Sequence record: DRR378314_2641
Length of the DNA: 36,961 nt
Reading direction: 5' to 3' (one strand)
Of the stretch, positions 28,355 to 36,961 are shown in pieces (positions within the stretch are counted from its first letter, which is position 1; each line of letters opens with the position of its first letter). The notes beneath the pieces were generated by a model. It saw nothing but the letters and a program-made list of their open reading frames with translations, had not been told where the DNA came from and ran no database searches. The translations under genes and the position numbers were made by a program.

Positions 28355-29272
28355 ATGAGCGACGATCCCTATTCCGTTCTTGGCGTCGCCAAAGACGCCA
28401 GCGATGCCGAGATCAAAAAAGCCTATCGGCGTATCGCCAAGGAGTGCCACCCGGACCTCAAGCCGGGCGACGCTGAGGCCGAAGCCAAGTTCAAAGCAGC
28501 CGCCTCTGCTTATGATCTGTTGAAAGACTCTGAGAAGCGCAAACGCTATGACAAAGGTGAGATTGATGCTTCGGGTCAGGAACGTCCACAGCAGCAATAT
28601 TATCGGGATTATGCCGAAGCAGCGGGAAATCCTTATCGCGGAAATTCGGCTGAGCAGGACGACATGTCCGATATCTTCGCCGAATTCATGCGCGGGCGAG
28701 GTGGATATAACCAGCAATCTCACGAGTTCCACGCGCCTGGTCACAACCTGAACTACACGCTGCAGATCAGCTTTCTAGACGCTGTTTTTGGGGCCAGTCA
28801 AAAATTGACCCTGCCAGATGGCAACCGGATTGAGGTGAAAATACCTGCAGGAATTACAACTGGTCAGACCATCCGTCTGCGTGGCAAGGGGGCTCCGGGG
28901 TTTGGCGAAGGTCCAGCGGGTGATGCTTTGGTCACGATTTCAGTAGCGGACCATCCGGTGTTCGACCGTCAGGGCGATGACATCCACATCACGCTGCCCA
29001 TCACCATTGATGAGGCCGTACTGGGCGGCAAAGTACCAGTGCCGACCATCGACGGAGGCGTAAATGTCAGCGTCCCTGCGGGCACCAGCAGCGGCAAGAC
29101 CCTGCGCCTGCGCGGCAAAGGGGTTAAGAAACGCGGCAGCTCCGACCGGGGTGATCAGTTGATCGAACTGACTGTGACTATGCCCGACAAGGTGGATGAT
29201 GAATTGAAGCAATTCATGGAAACATGGCGCAAAACCCACAGCTATGATCCGCGCAAAGGAATGCCGTCATGA
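28355..29272 (+). CDS. cbpA: DnaJ-family co-chaperone without zinc finger (CbpA-like)
   Basis: J domain DPYSVLGV...CHPD...; DnaJ C-terminal repeats IRLRGKG/LRLRGKG; followed by cbpM. Confidence 0.88.
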   Translation: MSDDPYSVLGVAKDASDAEIKKAYRRIAKECHPDLKPGDAEAEAKFKAAASAYDLLKDSEKRKRYDKGEIDASGQERPQQQYYRDYAEAAGNPYRGNSAEQDDMSDIFAEFMRGRGGYNQQSHEFHAPGHNLNYTLQISFLDAVFGASQKLTLPDGNRIEVKIPAGITTGQTIRLRGKGAPGFGEGPAGDALVTISVADHPVFDRQGDDIHITLPITIDEAVLGGKVPVPTIDGGVNVSVPAGTSSGKTLRLRGKGVKKRGSSDRGDQLIELTVTMPDKVDDELKQFMETWRKTHSYDPRKGMPS

Positions 29273-29613
29273 CCCGCACCCTGACCGAAGCTGAACTGAT
29301 CGAAGCCATCACGCGCCTGACCTCGGATCGTTTGACTGAGTATCTGGCTGCCGAAATCGTAATCCCCGAGCAATCGGATCAAGGTCTGCGATATCAGCGC
29401 ATCGACGTCGCCCGGCTGGAACTGGCCTGCGAATTGCACGAGCAATACGATATGGAGGCGGATGCACTGTCGATGATGATCTCTCTGATCGACCAGATGC
29501 ACGGGCTGCGCGCCGAGCTGCGCGAGGTTCTGAACGCTGTAGAAAAGCAACCAGAACCTGTCCGCCAGCAAATGATCGAAGTCATCGGCACAGCACGATT
29601 CCGTCGCAGGTAG
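29269..29613 (+). CDS. cbpM: Chaperone modulator CbpM-like
   Basis: DVARLELACEL...SLIDQMHGLR MerR-like pattern; ATGA-coupled to cbpA. Confidence 0.8.
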   Translation: MTRTLTEAELIEAITRLTSDRLTEYLAAEIVIPEQSDQGLRYQRIDVARLELACELHEQYDMEADALSMMISLIDQMHGLRAELREVLNAVEKQPEPVRQQMIEVIGTARFRRR

Positions 29614-29657
29614 GGGTGATTTGGACATGAGGCATTTGGAATAGAAGGCCGCCTTGA

Positions 29658-29855
29658 TCCTTTAGCCGGTACGCTCATGACCCAGTCCAGATCGGAGTTG
29701 GATGCGAAGGCTGCTGTGGCAAAGGTTGCAACGGTTGCCTGATCTTCTGGGAGGACGACAGATACGCCCTCGCCCGCGATGTTCTGTCATAACGCGAACA
29801 GGGTGAATAGCTCAACCGCCGCGAGGTGACCGAACTGACGCTGCCGACGGCCTGA
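29658..29855 (+). pseudogene. Decayed 3' gene remnant with Cys cluster CEGCCGKGCNGC
   Basis: Manual translation: SFSRYAHDPVQIGVGCEGCCGKGCNGCLIFWEDDRYALARDVLS*REQGE*LNRREVTELTLPTA*; no in-frame start, two internal stops. Confidence 0.55.
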
Positions 29856-29858
29856 CAG

Positions 29859-30482
29859 TCAGTTCTCGACGCGATAATCCTCAGGCACGTAGAATGTGTA
29901 ATCGCGATCCGCGACCGCCTCGTGGCAGACATGACAATACGCGACTTCGGGCGCACGGAATCCCATCGTGTCGCCAAACAACGAGCCATCCGGCATCACC
30001 ATGATATAGCGCCAATCGGAGGTTTCAGGGTTGGCGCCCGCAGGCAATTTCTCCATCACGAACAACGCGCCGGGATGGACGTTGCCCTCGTCTGTGACGG
30101 TCATACTATCTTTGGCCAGAACGGACCCGACGGGCAAAACTTCACCCTCCTGCAGCGTTCCATAATTATGCGCCATGCGGTTGGCATAGCTGTTTACATA
30201 ACGCTGCCCATGGGTGGCCGAGATATAGGGGGCATCATTGAATAGCGGCCACGCCTGATAATTCATAAGCAAATCCAATTGCGCCGCCGCGTACCCTCGC
30301 TGCATACGTTTGGACAGTGACTTGTAGTGGCTATTGGCGTCCACTTTGGACAGGTCCGCCGGGTTTTCTATAGCAAGATGAGCGTCTTGATCCGTGTTCT
30401 GCGCAAACCCCGTCGCAGAAACAAATCCCGACACTGCAATAGCCACCACTACCCCACCAGCCTGCAGATGTCTTTTAATCAT
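29859..30482 (-). CDS. Cytochrome P460 / c'-beta family periplasmic c-type cytochrome
   Basis: Signal peptide; LPVGSVLAKD, LFVMEK, WRY and single C-terminal CHVCH; GGAGG RBS before ATG 30482. Confidence 0.8.
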   Translation of the reverse strand: MIKRHLQAGGVVVAIAVSGFVSATGFAQNTDQDAHLAIENPADLSKVDANSHYKSLSKRMQRGYAAAQLDLLMNYQAWPLFNDAPYISATHGQRYVNSYANRMAHNYGTLQEGEVLPVGSVLAKDSMTVTDEGNVHPGALFVMEKLPAGANPETSDWRYIMVMPDGSLFGDTMGFRAPEVAYCHVCHEAVADRDYTFYVPEDYRVEN

Positions 30483-30708
30483 TTTATGGCCTCCCTGAAT
30501 GATCAGTTCGCCGAAATGCCGCTGTAGATTCAAAAAATGATAGCGGCCTTAAATGGTGTTGCCAGCACCGCCCCGGCAACCTCACCATCTTGTGTAAATT
30601 GGTGAGATCCCCCATCCAGAGCGGGTATTCGCCAAACATAACAAATTTTGAATGCTAAAACAGCAATCAATTCATTAAGTTTTCCACGGGGTGGCTTATC
30701 ACCGGAAC

Positions 30709-31896
30709 CTAGCGGTTCAGTCCTGCCTCGGCCTCAATCTGCTTGCGTGATTTCCGGGCACGTTCGGTGGCCGATTTCAACTGACCACATGCCGCCATAA
30801 TATCCTCACCCCGCGTCTTGCGGATGGGTGAGGCATAACCAGCCTGATAGATGATATTCGCAAAGGCTCTGATACGGTTGTTTGAGCTGCGCTTATATGG
30901 TGCGCCCGGCCATTCGTTGAACGGGATCAGGTTGATCTTGGCTGGTATCTTGTGGCGTTTGATGTGTTCGATCAGGCGGTGCGCATCCTCATCGCGGTCA
31001 TTCACACCATCCAACATTACGTATTCAAACGTGATCCGCTCGGAATTTGAAACTTTGGGATAGCTGGCGAGCGCTTGCAACAGCTCTTCGATGTTCCACC
31101 GCTTGTTGATCGGCACCAGCACATCGCGGACTTCATCGGTTGTCGCGTGGAACGAGATGGCCAGCAGGCAACCGATTTCCTCGGCCGTGCGTGCAATCTC
31201 GGGCACTACTCCAGAAGTCGAAAGAGTGATGCGACGACGGGACAAAGAAATCCCTTCGGGGTCCATCGCAATCTTCATCGCGTCACGGACATTTTCGAAA
31301 TTGTAAAGCGGCTCGCCCATACCCATCAGTACGATGTTCGACAAAAGGCGCGTTTCGTCCTTGGGTGCGCCCGGCGTCGGCCATTCATCAAGGTCATCGC
31401 GCGCCATCATGACCTGCCCGACAATCTCGGCCGCGGTCAGATTGCGCACCAGTTTCTGCGTACCGGTGTGACAGAACGAACAGGTCAGCGTGCAACCGAC
31501 CTGAGACGAGATACACAGCGTGCCACGATCTTCTTCGGGGATGTACACCACCTCAACCTCGTGCCCGCCTGCGATACGGCACAGGTACTTGCGGGTGCCG
31601 TCCTCGGACACCTGGCAGGTCACTACCTCGGGAATTTCAACCACGAAGCTCTCGGCCAGTTGCGCCCGGTAGGCTTTGGCCAGATTGGTCATCTCAGCAA
31701 AGTCGCGCACGCCCCACTGGTAGATCCATTGCCAGATTTGACCTGTCCGCATCTTCGCCTGTTTCTCGGGCGTGCCATGTTCGATCAGCGCCTCGCGCAG
31801 TTGATCGCGAGTCAAACCGACAAGGTTCAGCTTTCCCTCGGGCAGCTTGCGAGGGATGGTCATGACATCTTGCGTGATCGGCGCGTTGGGCGACAT
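30709..31896 (-). CDS. rlmN: 23S rRNA m2A2503 / tRNA m2A37 methyltransferase
   Basis: [37 protein letters not shown]. Confidence 0.97.
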   Translation of the reverse strand: MSPNAPITQDVMTIPRKLPEGKLNLVGLTRDQLREALIEHGTPEKQAKMRTGQIWQWIYQWGVRDFAEMTNLAKAYRAQLAESFVVEIPEVVTCQVSEDGTRKYLCRIAGGHEVEVVYIPEEDRGTLCISSQVGCTLTCSFCHTGTQKLVRNLTAAEIVGQVMMARDDLDEWPTPGAPKDETRLLSNIVLMGMGEPLYNFENVRDAMKIAMDPEGISLSRRRITLSTSGVVPEIARTAEEIGCLLAISFHATTDEVRDVLVPINKRWNIEELLQALASYPKVSNSERITFEYVMLDGVNDRDEDAHRLIEHIKRHKIPAKINLIPFNEWPGAPYKRSSNNRIRAFANIIYQAGYASPIRKTRGEDIMAACGQLKSATERARKSRKQIEAEAGLNR

Positions 31897-31973
31897 GTGT
31901 CTATCTCAGTGGAATCTGGCTTGGGATGCGCCTCTATATAGGAACGCGCGCAAAGATCAAAAGAATTCGTGCT

Positions 31974-32351
31974 TTAATTTGCATAGCGCAGCAATTCATC
32001 AACGCGCGTCCGACCAAGATCAACCCGGCAGGCCGTGATGGCGATGCCGGTGCCTGATCCTCCTCCAAACGAAGCACCCACCGCGTCGCACTGCGCATCG
32101 CGATAGGTTGACCAGGCGCTTTGCGACGCCTCAAGCGCGGGCACGGCCACGACGCGCCCAGTGACATCATCCAGCTCTTGAGCCGCTGCCAACGCAAAGG
32201 AATAGCTGGTTTCAACCGCCGCGTTTACGCGCATTTCCATATCCGAGACACAGGATCCAATTTCCACCTGCGAGCCTGCGTCGGTACATTCCATCGCCGG
32301 ATCCGCCATAGCCACGAAAGGAAACAACAAAGACACCAGAACCCATCGCAT
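31974..32351 (-). CDS. Lysozyme inhibitor LprI (DUF1311) family secreted protein
   Basis: Signal peptide, C..SQVEIGSC, SQSAWSTYRDAQC, GGGSG...C. Confidence 0.8.
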   Translation of the reverse strand: MRWVLVSLLFPFVAMADPAMECTDAGSQVEIGSCVSDMEMRVNAAVETSYSFALAAAQELDDVTGRVVAVPALEASQSAWSTYRDAQCDAVGASFGGGSGTGIAITACRVDLGRTRVDELLRYAN

Positions 32352-32413
32352 CAACCCATCCTCCAGACTGAGCCTTCTTCCTATCACGGATCAAATGAAG
32401 TGCCCAATCAAAG

Positions 32414-32439
32414 AAAACCCCGCCGGATAGCGGGGTTTT
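32414..32439 (-). terminator. Rho-independent terminator after ialB-like gene
   Basis: AAAACCCCGC-CGGATA-GCGGGGTTTT with U-tracts on both strands. Confidence 0.8.
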
Positions 32440-32460
32440 GCAAACATACCAGTGTGCAGC

Positions 32461-32994
32461 TTAGTTCGTGCAGCGCTTTTCGGCGTCTTCAATCGCGGCT
32501 GTAAAGCCCAGCAACGAGAATGTATCCTTGGTCTGCGTGCCGCGCTCCGAACGGGCGGTCAGCACAGCCTCACTTCCGCGCTTCATGGCCGTGACGATCT
32601 TTGCGTCATCCGAGGCTGTCGCAGGCCACGCCCACTCACCATCTGTGAACAATTCAAAATCACCGCCATCGACAACCAGATTAACGGTCGACCCAGGTGC
32701 AAACGGATAGCCTCCGGTAAAGGTAACCTGCCCTTTGACTTCGGCGTTCGGGCGGTAGAACACGAACAGCAGGATATCGCTGCGCCGCACGGAAACGACC
32801 CGGCCACCGCGAGTGTTCACGGTTTCTTTCGGGGCCGACACGCTCCAGCATTCGGTGGGGTCTTCCTCGACAAAAACGCTCCAATCGGTCTTTGCCGCGA
32901 CGCGGTTAGTACTGGTCGATTGCTGAGCGATTGCCGTCGTCGCCATTCCTGCCACACACAGCCCCGCGATCACGCGGACGAGATTTAGTCCCAT
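32461..32994 (-). CDS. Invasion-associated locus B (IalB) family periplasmic protein
   Basis: DWSVF...C, GYPF, AMKRG, DTFSLLGFTAA...C; upstream of rlmN. Confidence 0.8.
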   Translation of the reverse strand: MGLNLVRVIAGLCVAGMATTAIAQQSTSTNRVAAKTDWSVFVEEDPTECWSVSAPKETVNTRGGRVVSVRRSDILLFVFYRPNAEVKGQVTFTGGYPFAPGSTVNLVVDGGDFELFTDGEWAWPATASDDAKIVTAMKRGSEAVLTARSERGTQTKDTFSLLGFTAAIEDAEKRCTN

Positions 32995-33172
32995 CTGTCC
33001 AGCCTCCTAGCCCGACCTTATACCTCATACCCATCGGGAATGCGTGCGAACCCTGCCGGTTCGTCTGTTCAGTTGCGTATCCCGATGATTGTCGACATAC
33101 ACACACTAACGCAGGTTTCGCCACAGGCGAAAGGGCGATTGGCAGATTTTTGCGCATGATGCAGGGGGGAAC

Positions 33173-34171
33173 ATGACACAAGCCGTACCAATGACCGAAC
33201 TCTGGCGTGGATCATTGTTGGAAAGCCTGCATATGGGCCATGCGGTGATCTGTGATGACAGCGGTCAAATCGTACGCAGTTGGGGTGACCCGAGCGCAAT
33301 GATTTATCCCCGGTCCTCTGCCAAAATGATCCAGGCTCTACCGCTTATCACATCAGGCGCGGCCGCGAAATATGGTTTGAACAGCGAGCATCTTGCACTG
33401 GCGTGTGCCTCGCACAACGGCGCGCATATCCATACTGACCGCGTGTCAGCCTGGTTGGACCACCTTGGCCTGTCCGAACCTGATCTGCGTTGTGGTCAGC
33501 AAGAACCACAGGATATGGCAGCACGCGACGGGTTGATCCTGGCGGACGACACACCTTGTCAGATTCACAACAACTGCTCGGGTAAGCATTGTGGTTTTCT
33601 GACAGTCGCACAGCATATGGGCGCTGGACCCGAATACCTTGAGATTGACCACCCGGTTCAACAGGCATGTCTTTCCGCAGTGGAAGAGACCACTGGTGAG
33701 ACCAGCCCGACCTATGGAATCGATGGCTGCTCGGCCCCGAATTTTGCAACGTCACTGGCGGGGCTTGCGCGATCAATGGCATGGTTCGCCTCAGCCGCCG
33801 ACCGTTCCGACCGCTCCAGCGAAGCGGCGGTGCAGCTCACGGCGGCGATGGTGAAACACCCCGAGCTTGTCGCAGGTGAAACCCGAGCTTGTACTGAGCT
33901 GATGCGGGCAATGAGCGGACGTGCCGCAATAAAGACAGGAGCCGAGGCGGTTTTTGTCGCCATCATCCCTGAAAAACGCATGGGCGTTGCGCTGAAAATC
34001 ACCGATGGTACCACCCGCGCGAGCGAATGCGCCATTGCCGCCATTCTGGTGAGCTTGGGTGTTCTGGAGGCTGATCACCTGGCCACCAGAAAATTCATGA
34101 ACGCCACACAATACAGCCGTCGCGGGCTGGAATGCGGCATTATCAAACCAGCGCCGGGTTTCCCCGGCTAA
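33173..34171 (+). CDS. L-asparaginase, Rhizobium etli type (Asparaginase_II / class 3)
   Basis: ESLHMG, PRSSAK, ASHNG, NNCSGKH, DGCSAP, KTGAE, KITDG. Confidence 0.9.
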   Translation: MTQAVPMTELWRGSLLESLHMGHAVICDDSGQIVRSWGDPSAMIYPRSSAKMIQALPLITSGAAAKYGLNSEHLALACASHNGAHIHTDRVSAWLDHLGLSEPDLRCGQQEPQDMAARDGLILADDTPCQIHNNCSGKHCGFLTVAQHMGAGPEYLEIDHPVQQACLSAVEETTGETSPTYGIDGCSAPNFATSLAGLARSMAWFASAADRSDRSSEAAVQLTAAMVKHPELVAGETRACTELMRAMSGRAAIKTGAEAVFVAIIPEKRMGVALKITDGTTRASECAIAAILVSLGVLEADHLATRKFMNATQYSRRGLECGIIKPAPGFPG

Positions 34172-34174
34172 CGG

Positions 34175-34495
34175 TTACATCTCGATCTCGTGGACCTCGG
34201 CCACTTCGACCGAGCCTGACCCGTTCACAACCATTGGGCAGCCCTTGGCCATCTCGGTTGCAGCCTCAATGCTATCGGCCTTTACGACGGTAAAGCCCGA
34301 GGCCGGATTTGCACCGCCATTGTCGGCAACCCCGCTGCCGCTGACGGTATAGGACTGGCCCACAGGGTTGCCGGGGATCTCCAGTGCCCCGCCGATGTTC
34401 TGAAACCATGCGCCCCACGCGGCCATGGTCGATTCGACCTCGGCGGGATCGGTTGGGGTGTGACCCCCGTGATAAACAAACAAATATTGGGGCAT
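34175..34495 (-). CDS. YciI-like small protein
   Basis: YLFVYHGG...WGAWF...GNP...GFTVVKADS..AA..AKGCP...VEV; GGAGGAG RBS. Confidence 0.7.
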   Translation of the reverse strand: MPQYLFVYHGGHTPTDPAEVESTMAAWGAWFQNIGGALEIPGNPVGQSYTVSGSGVADNGGANPASGFTVVKADSIEAATEMAKGCPMVVNGSGSVEVAEVHEIEM

Positions 34496-34517
34496 ATTGC
34501 TCCTCCCTGATGAAAAC

Positions 34518-34946
34518 CTACTTGCAAAGCGCTTCGAGCTTACGCAGCGAAGACGTCCAGCCCTCGTTATGATTTGTGGCGGAATCGGCATCTACAAGCT
34601 CACGGTGATCAACGACCAACCTTGATCCAGTGTCGGTGGCAGCGACCGAAAAGGTCACATGGCTTTCTGCCCCGCGCTGATCCTGATCGTCATGCCAGGC
34701 CCAGGTGAACCCGACCGACTTTGGAGGGTCGATATGGGTGACATGGCCCGAGACCTTGAATTGCTGACCCTCGCCATTTTGCATCACCGAATACCACGGC
34801 CCGATACGCGAGAAATCGAGATCATGTTCCGGTACATGTAGTCCCTCGGGTCCCCACCACTGCAGCAATTTGGTGCCGTCACTGACCCATGCAAATAATA
34901 TCTCGGGGCTGATGGGAAAATCTCGTTCCAGTTTCAGGTCGGCCAT
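34518..34946 (-). CDS. SRPBCC/AHSA1 (START-like) ligand-binding protein
   Basis: LERDF...QWWGPEG...GFTWAW...HNEGWTSSLRKL. Confidence 0.85.
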   Translation of the reverse strand: MADLKLERDFPISPEILFAWVSDGTKLLQWWGPEGLHVPEHDLDFSRIGPWYSVMQNGEGQQFKVSGHVTHIDPPKSVGFTWAWHDDQDQRGAESHVTFSVAATDTGSRLVVDHRELVDADSATNHNEGWTSSLRKLEALCK

Positions 34947-35263
34947 GAATTCTCCCTTTCGATGAGTTCGCCCAGACGGTCGAGACTGCCCTCCCAGAAC
35001 TGCCGTTTCGAGATCGTCCATTCGGCAATCACGCGCAGCCCCTCGGGTTGCACCGAATACATCCGTTGCGTACCGCGCACCCGTTGCTGCACTAGCTCTG
35101 CTTCGCGCAAAACTTTTAGATGGCGCGAGACAGCAGCCCCCGACATGCCTTTACCTTCAATCAGATCCCCGACGGGCAGTTCGCCTTCTTCCATCAGTTG
35201 CTCGACAATCGAGAATCGGGTGGCATCAGACAAAGCAGAAAATGTAGCCAGAAGCGTGTTCAT
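34934..35263 (-). CDS. ArsR/SmtB-family regulator
   Basis: FSALSDATRFSIV, AVSRHLKVLREAELV, FWEGSLDRL; no metal-site Cys. Confidence 0.9.
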   Translation of the reverse strand: MNTLLATFSALSDATRFSIVEQLMEEGELPVGDLIEGKGMSGAAVSRHLKVLREAELVQQRVRGTQRMYSVQPEGLRVIAEWTISKRQFWEGSLDRLGELIERENSWPT

Positions 35264-35269
35264 GACTCT

Positions 35270-35289
35270 ATTTAACATAATTGTTAAAT
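35270..35289. promoter_or_regulatory. Putative ArsR operator
   Basis: Perfect inverted repeat ATTTAACA-TAAT-TGTTAAAT 6 bp upstream of the ArsR ATG. Confidence 0.7.
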
Positions 35290-35302
35290 TAAAGGAAGCC
35301 TC

Positions 35303-36181
35303 TTATAAACCGTGAAACTCGGACCTGCTGTACCCCTGCAGATACAGCAGTGCCGTCAAATCACCGTGGTTGATCCGCACATCGCATTCTGCGGCGACCG
35401 AGGGCTTTGCGTGCAACGCGACACCTGTTCCGGCCTGACCCAGCATGCCAAGATCATTGGCCCCGTCGCCGACGGCGATCACGTCAATCTCTGAGATACC
35501 CAGACGGTGTGTGATCTGTTCAAGCGCTTCGATTTTTGCCTGCCGTCCCAGAATAGGCCGCTTCACGTCACCTGTGAGCCTACCATCCTCCGCCAGCAGG
35601 GTATTCGCCCGGTTCTCATCAAACCCAAGCTCTTTGGCGACTCTGGCAGTAAAGGCCGTGAACCCACCCGACACCAGCGCTGCATAGGCTCCATTCGCGC
35701 GCATCGTGGCCAGCAACGCCTTGCCACCCGGCATCAGCGTGATCCGTTCATCCAAGACCTTGCCGATCACGCTTTCATCAAGCCCTTTCAACAGGCCAAC
35801 ACGCTCAGTCAGCGCACCTTCGAAATCCAGTTCGCCATTCATCGCGCGCGCGGTGATATCCTTGACCCGCTCGCCCACACCAGCCTCATCAGCCAGTTCG
35901 TCAATGCATTCCTGCTGGATCATTGTGCTGTCCATATCGGCCAGCAGCATCTTTTTCCGGCGCCCCTCTGCCCGCTGGACGGTCAGGTCCACGCCTAACT
36001 GTTGCAGATCGTCCCAGACATCCCAACGATTGCCGGGAACCTCCGGTATCGAGAACTCAGCAGCTACATCAGGATTAAGCCAGTTTGCCTCGCCGCCGCC
36101 CCAGGCATTCCGCAACGAGTCTACCAGCGTTGCATCCAGCGACGGGGCCGCCGGGTTGGTCAGCAGAGTGGCTACGTACAT
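35303..36181 (-). CDS. serB: Phosphoserine phosphatase
   Basis: HAD motifs ADMDST, ECIDELA, AMNGELDF, VSGGF, GDGANDL, HAKP. Confidence 0.95.
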   Translation of the reverse strand: MYVATLLTNPAAPSLDATLVDSLRNAWGGGEANWLNPDVAAEFSIPEVPGNRWDVWDDLQQLGVDLTVQRAEGRRKKMLLADMDSTMIQQECIDELADEAGVGERVKDITARAMNGELDFEGALTERVGLLKGLDESVIGKVLDERITLMPGGKALLATMRANGAYAALVSGGFTAFTARVAKELGFDENRANTLLAEDGRLTGDVKRPILGRQAKIEALEQITHRLGISEIDVIAVGDGANDLGMLGQAGTGVALHAKPSVAAECDVRINHGDLTALLYLQGYSRSEFHGL

Positions 36182-36249
36182 GTCAGGCCTCCGGTTTGCG
36201 CACCCGCGAGATATCGCAGGTGCAGCATTTTCACCAGAGGCAGTTTGAT

Positions 36250-36961
36250 CTAGCCCAGAATGCCCGGCAGCCGCAGCCCATGTTCACGGGCGCAATCCTT
36301 GGCGATCTCATACCCCGCATCCGCGTGGCGCCACACCCCAGAGGCCGGATCGTTCCAGAGCACGCGCTCCAACCGCCGCGCCGCGTCTTCGGTACCATCC
36401 GCACAGATCACAACGCCTGCATGCTGGCTGAAGCCCATGCCAACACCACCACCGTGATGCAATGAGACCCAAGTCGCGCCACTGGCGGTATTGATCAGAG
36501 CGTTCAACAGCGGCCAATCCGACACAGCGTCCGAGCCGTCCAGCATCGCCTCTGTCTCGCGGTTCGGGCTGGCGACCGAGCCCGAGTCCAGATGATCTCG
36601 CCCAATAACAACAGGCGCTTTCAACTCACCGCTGGCAACCATTTCATTGAACGCCAATCCGGCTCGGTGACGATCGCCAAGGCCGATCCAGCAAATACGC
36701 GCCGGAAGGCCCTGAAACGCGATACGTTCCTGCGCCATGTCCAGCCAGCGATGCAGATGTTCGTTCTCGGGGAACAGTTCCTTCATCTTGGCGTCGGTCT
36801 TGTAAATATCCTCGGGATCACCCGACAGCGCGCACCAGCGGAACGGGCCAATACCTTTGCAGAACAATGGGCGGATATAGGCAGGCACAAAACCGGGGAA
36901 GGCAAAGGCGTTCTCAAGCCCTTCATCCTGTGCCACCTGACGGATGTTGTTGCCGTAATCC
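36250..36961 (-). CDS. hutU: Urocanate hydratase, 3' part (runs off the right edge)
   Basis: [54 protein letters not shown]. Confidence 0.97.
   Translation of the reverse strand, partial: DYGNNIRQVAQDEGLENAFAFPGFVPAYIRPLFCKGIGPFRWCALSGDPEDIYKTDAKMKELFPENEHLHRWLDMAQERIAFQGLPARICWIGLGDRHRAGLAFNEMVASGELKAPVVIGRDHLDSGSVASPNRETEAMLDGSDAVSDWPLLNALINTASGATWVSLHHGGGVGMGFSQHAGVVICADGTEDAARRLERVLWNDPASGVWRHADAGYEIAKDCAREHGLRLPGILG

Noticed and set aside
29677-29742. 21-aa small ORF MTQSRSELDAKAAVAKVATVA
   Set aside because: No RBS; the overlapping Cys-rich frame explains the sequence better
35272-35287. TTAA...TTAA as a CtrA box
   Set aside because: Spacer is 8 not 7, and the sequence is better explained as a palindromic ArsR operator
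1-36961. CRISPR arrays, tRNA/rRNA, IS elements, dispersed REP-type repeats
   Set aside because: No repeat-spacer periodicity, cloverleaf or transposase seen; the intergenic hairpins are unrelated to one another in sequence

Overview
Chromosomal segment of an alphaproteobacterium of the Rhodobacteraceae (Roseobacter group, Ruegeria-like; inferred from gene content and protein style). Left to right: end of a flagellar cluster (flagellin 5' end, flgN, short flgJ, fliK, flgD) plus an APH/choline-kinase-fold gene; a polyamine uptake/catabolism locus (puuB-like oxidase, potFGHI-like ABC, GntR, spuC-like aminotransferase); an MltB-like lytic transglycosylase; a WYL regulator divergent from GST + DUF1801; rnr, an orphan TIGR04282-like transferase and dapE; a GluR0-like ligand-gated channel; an ICL/PEP-mutase-family gene; dapD; bioR-bioY-bioB; Ser/Thr dehydratase; LOG + trans-sulfuration lyase; a holin-family membrane protein; cbpA-cbpM; a decayed Cys-rich gene remnant; a cytochrome P460-family protein; rlmN, LprI, IalB, class-3 asparaginase, ArsR-SRPBCC-YciI, serB and the 3' part of hutU. 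I see no CRISPR, tRNA/rRNA, IS or prophage, and no clear-cut new multi-gene system. Best leads: the iGluR-like channel with a non-K+ filter (VNGGFEE), a perfect LexA-type box before an uncharacterised PEP-mutase-family gene, the WYL-GST-DUF1801 module with its palindromic operator, an un-annotated CCGxGCxGC gene remnant, a kinase in frame behind the flgD stop codon, and several operators readable from the sequence. All family assignments are by motif recognition; no database searches were run.
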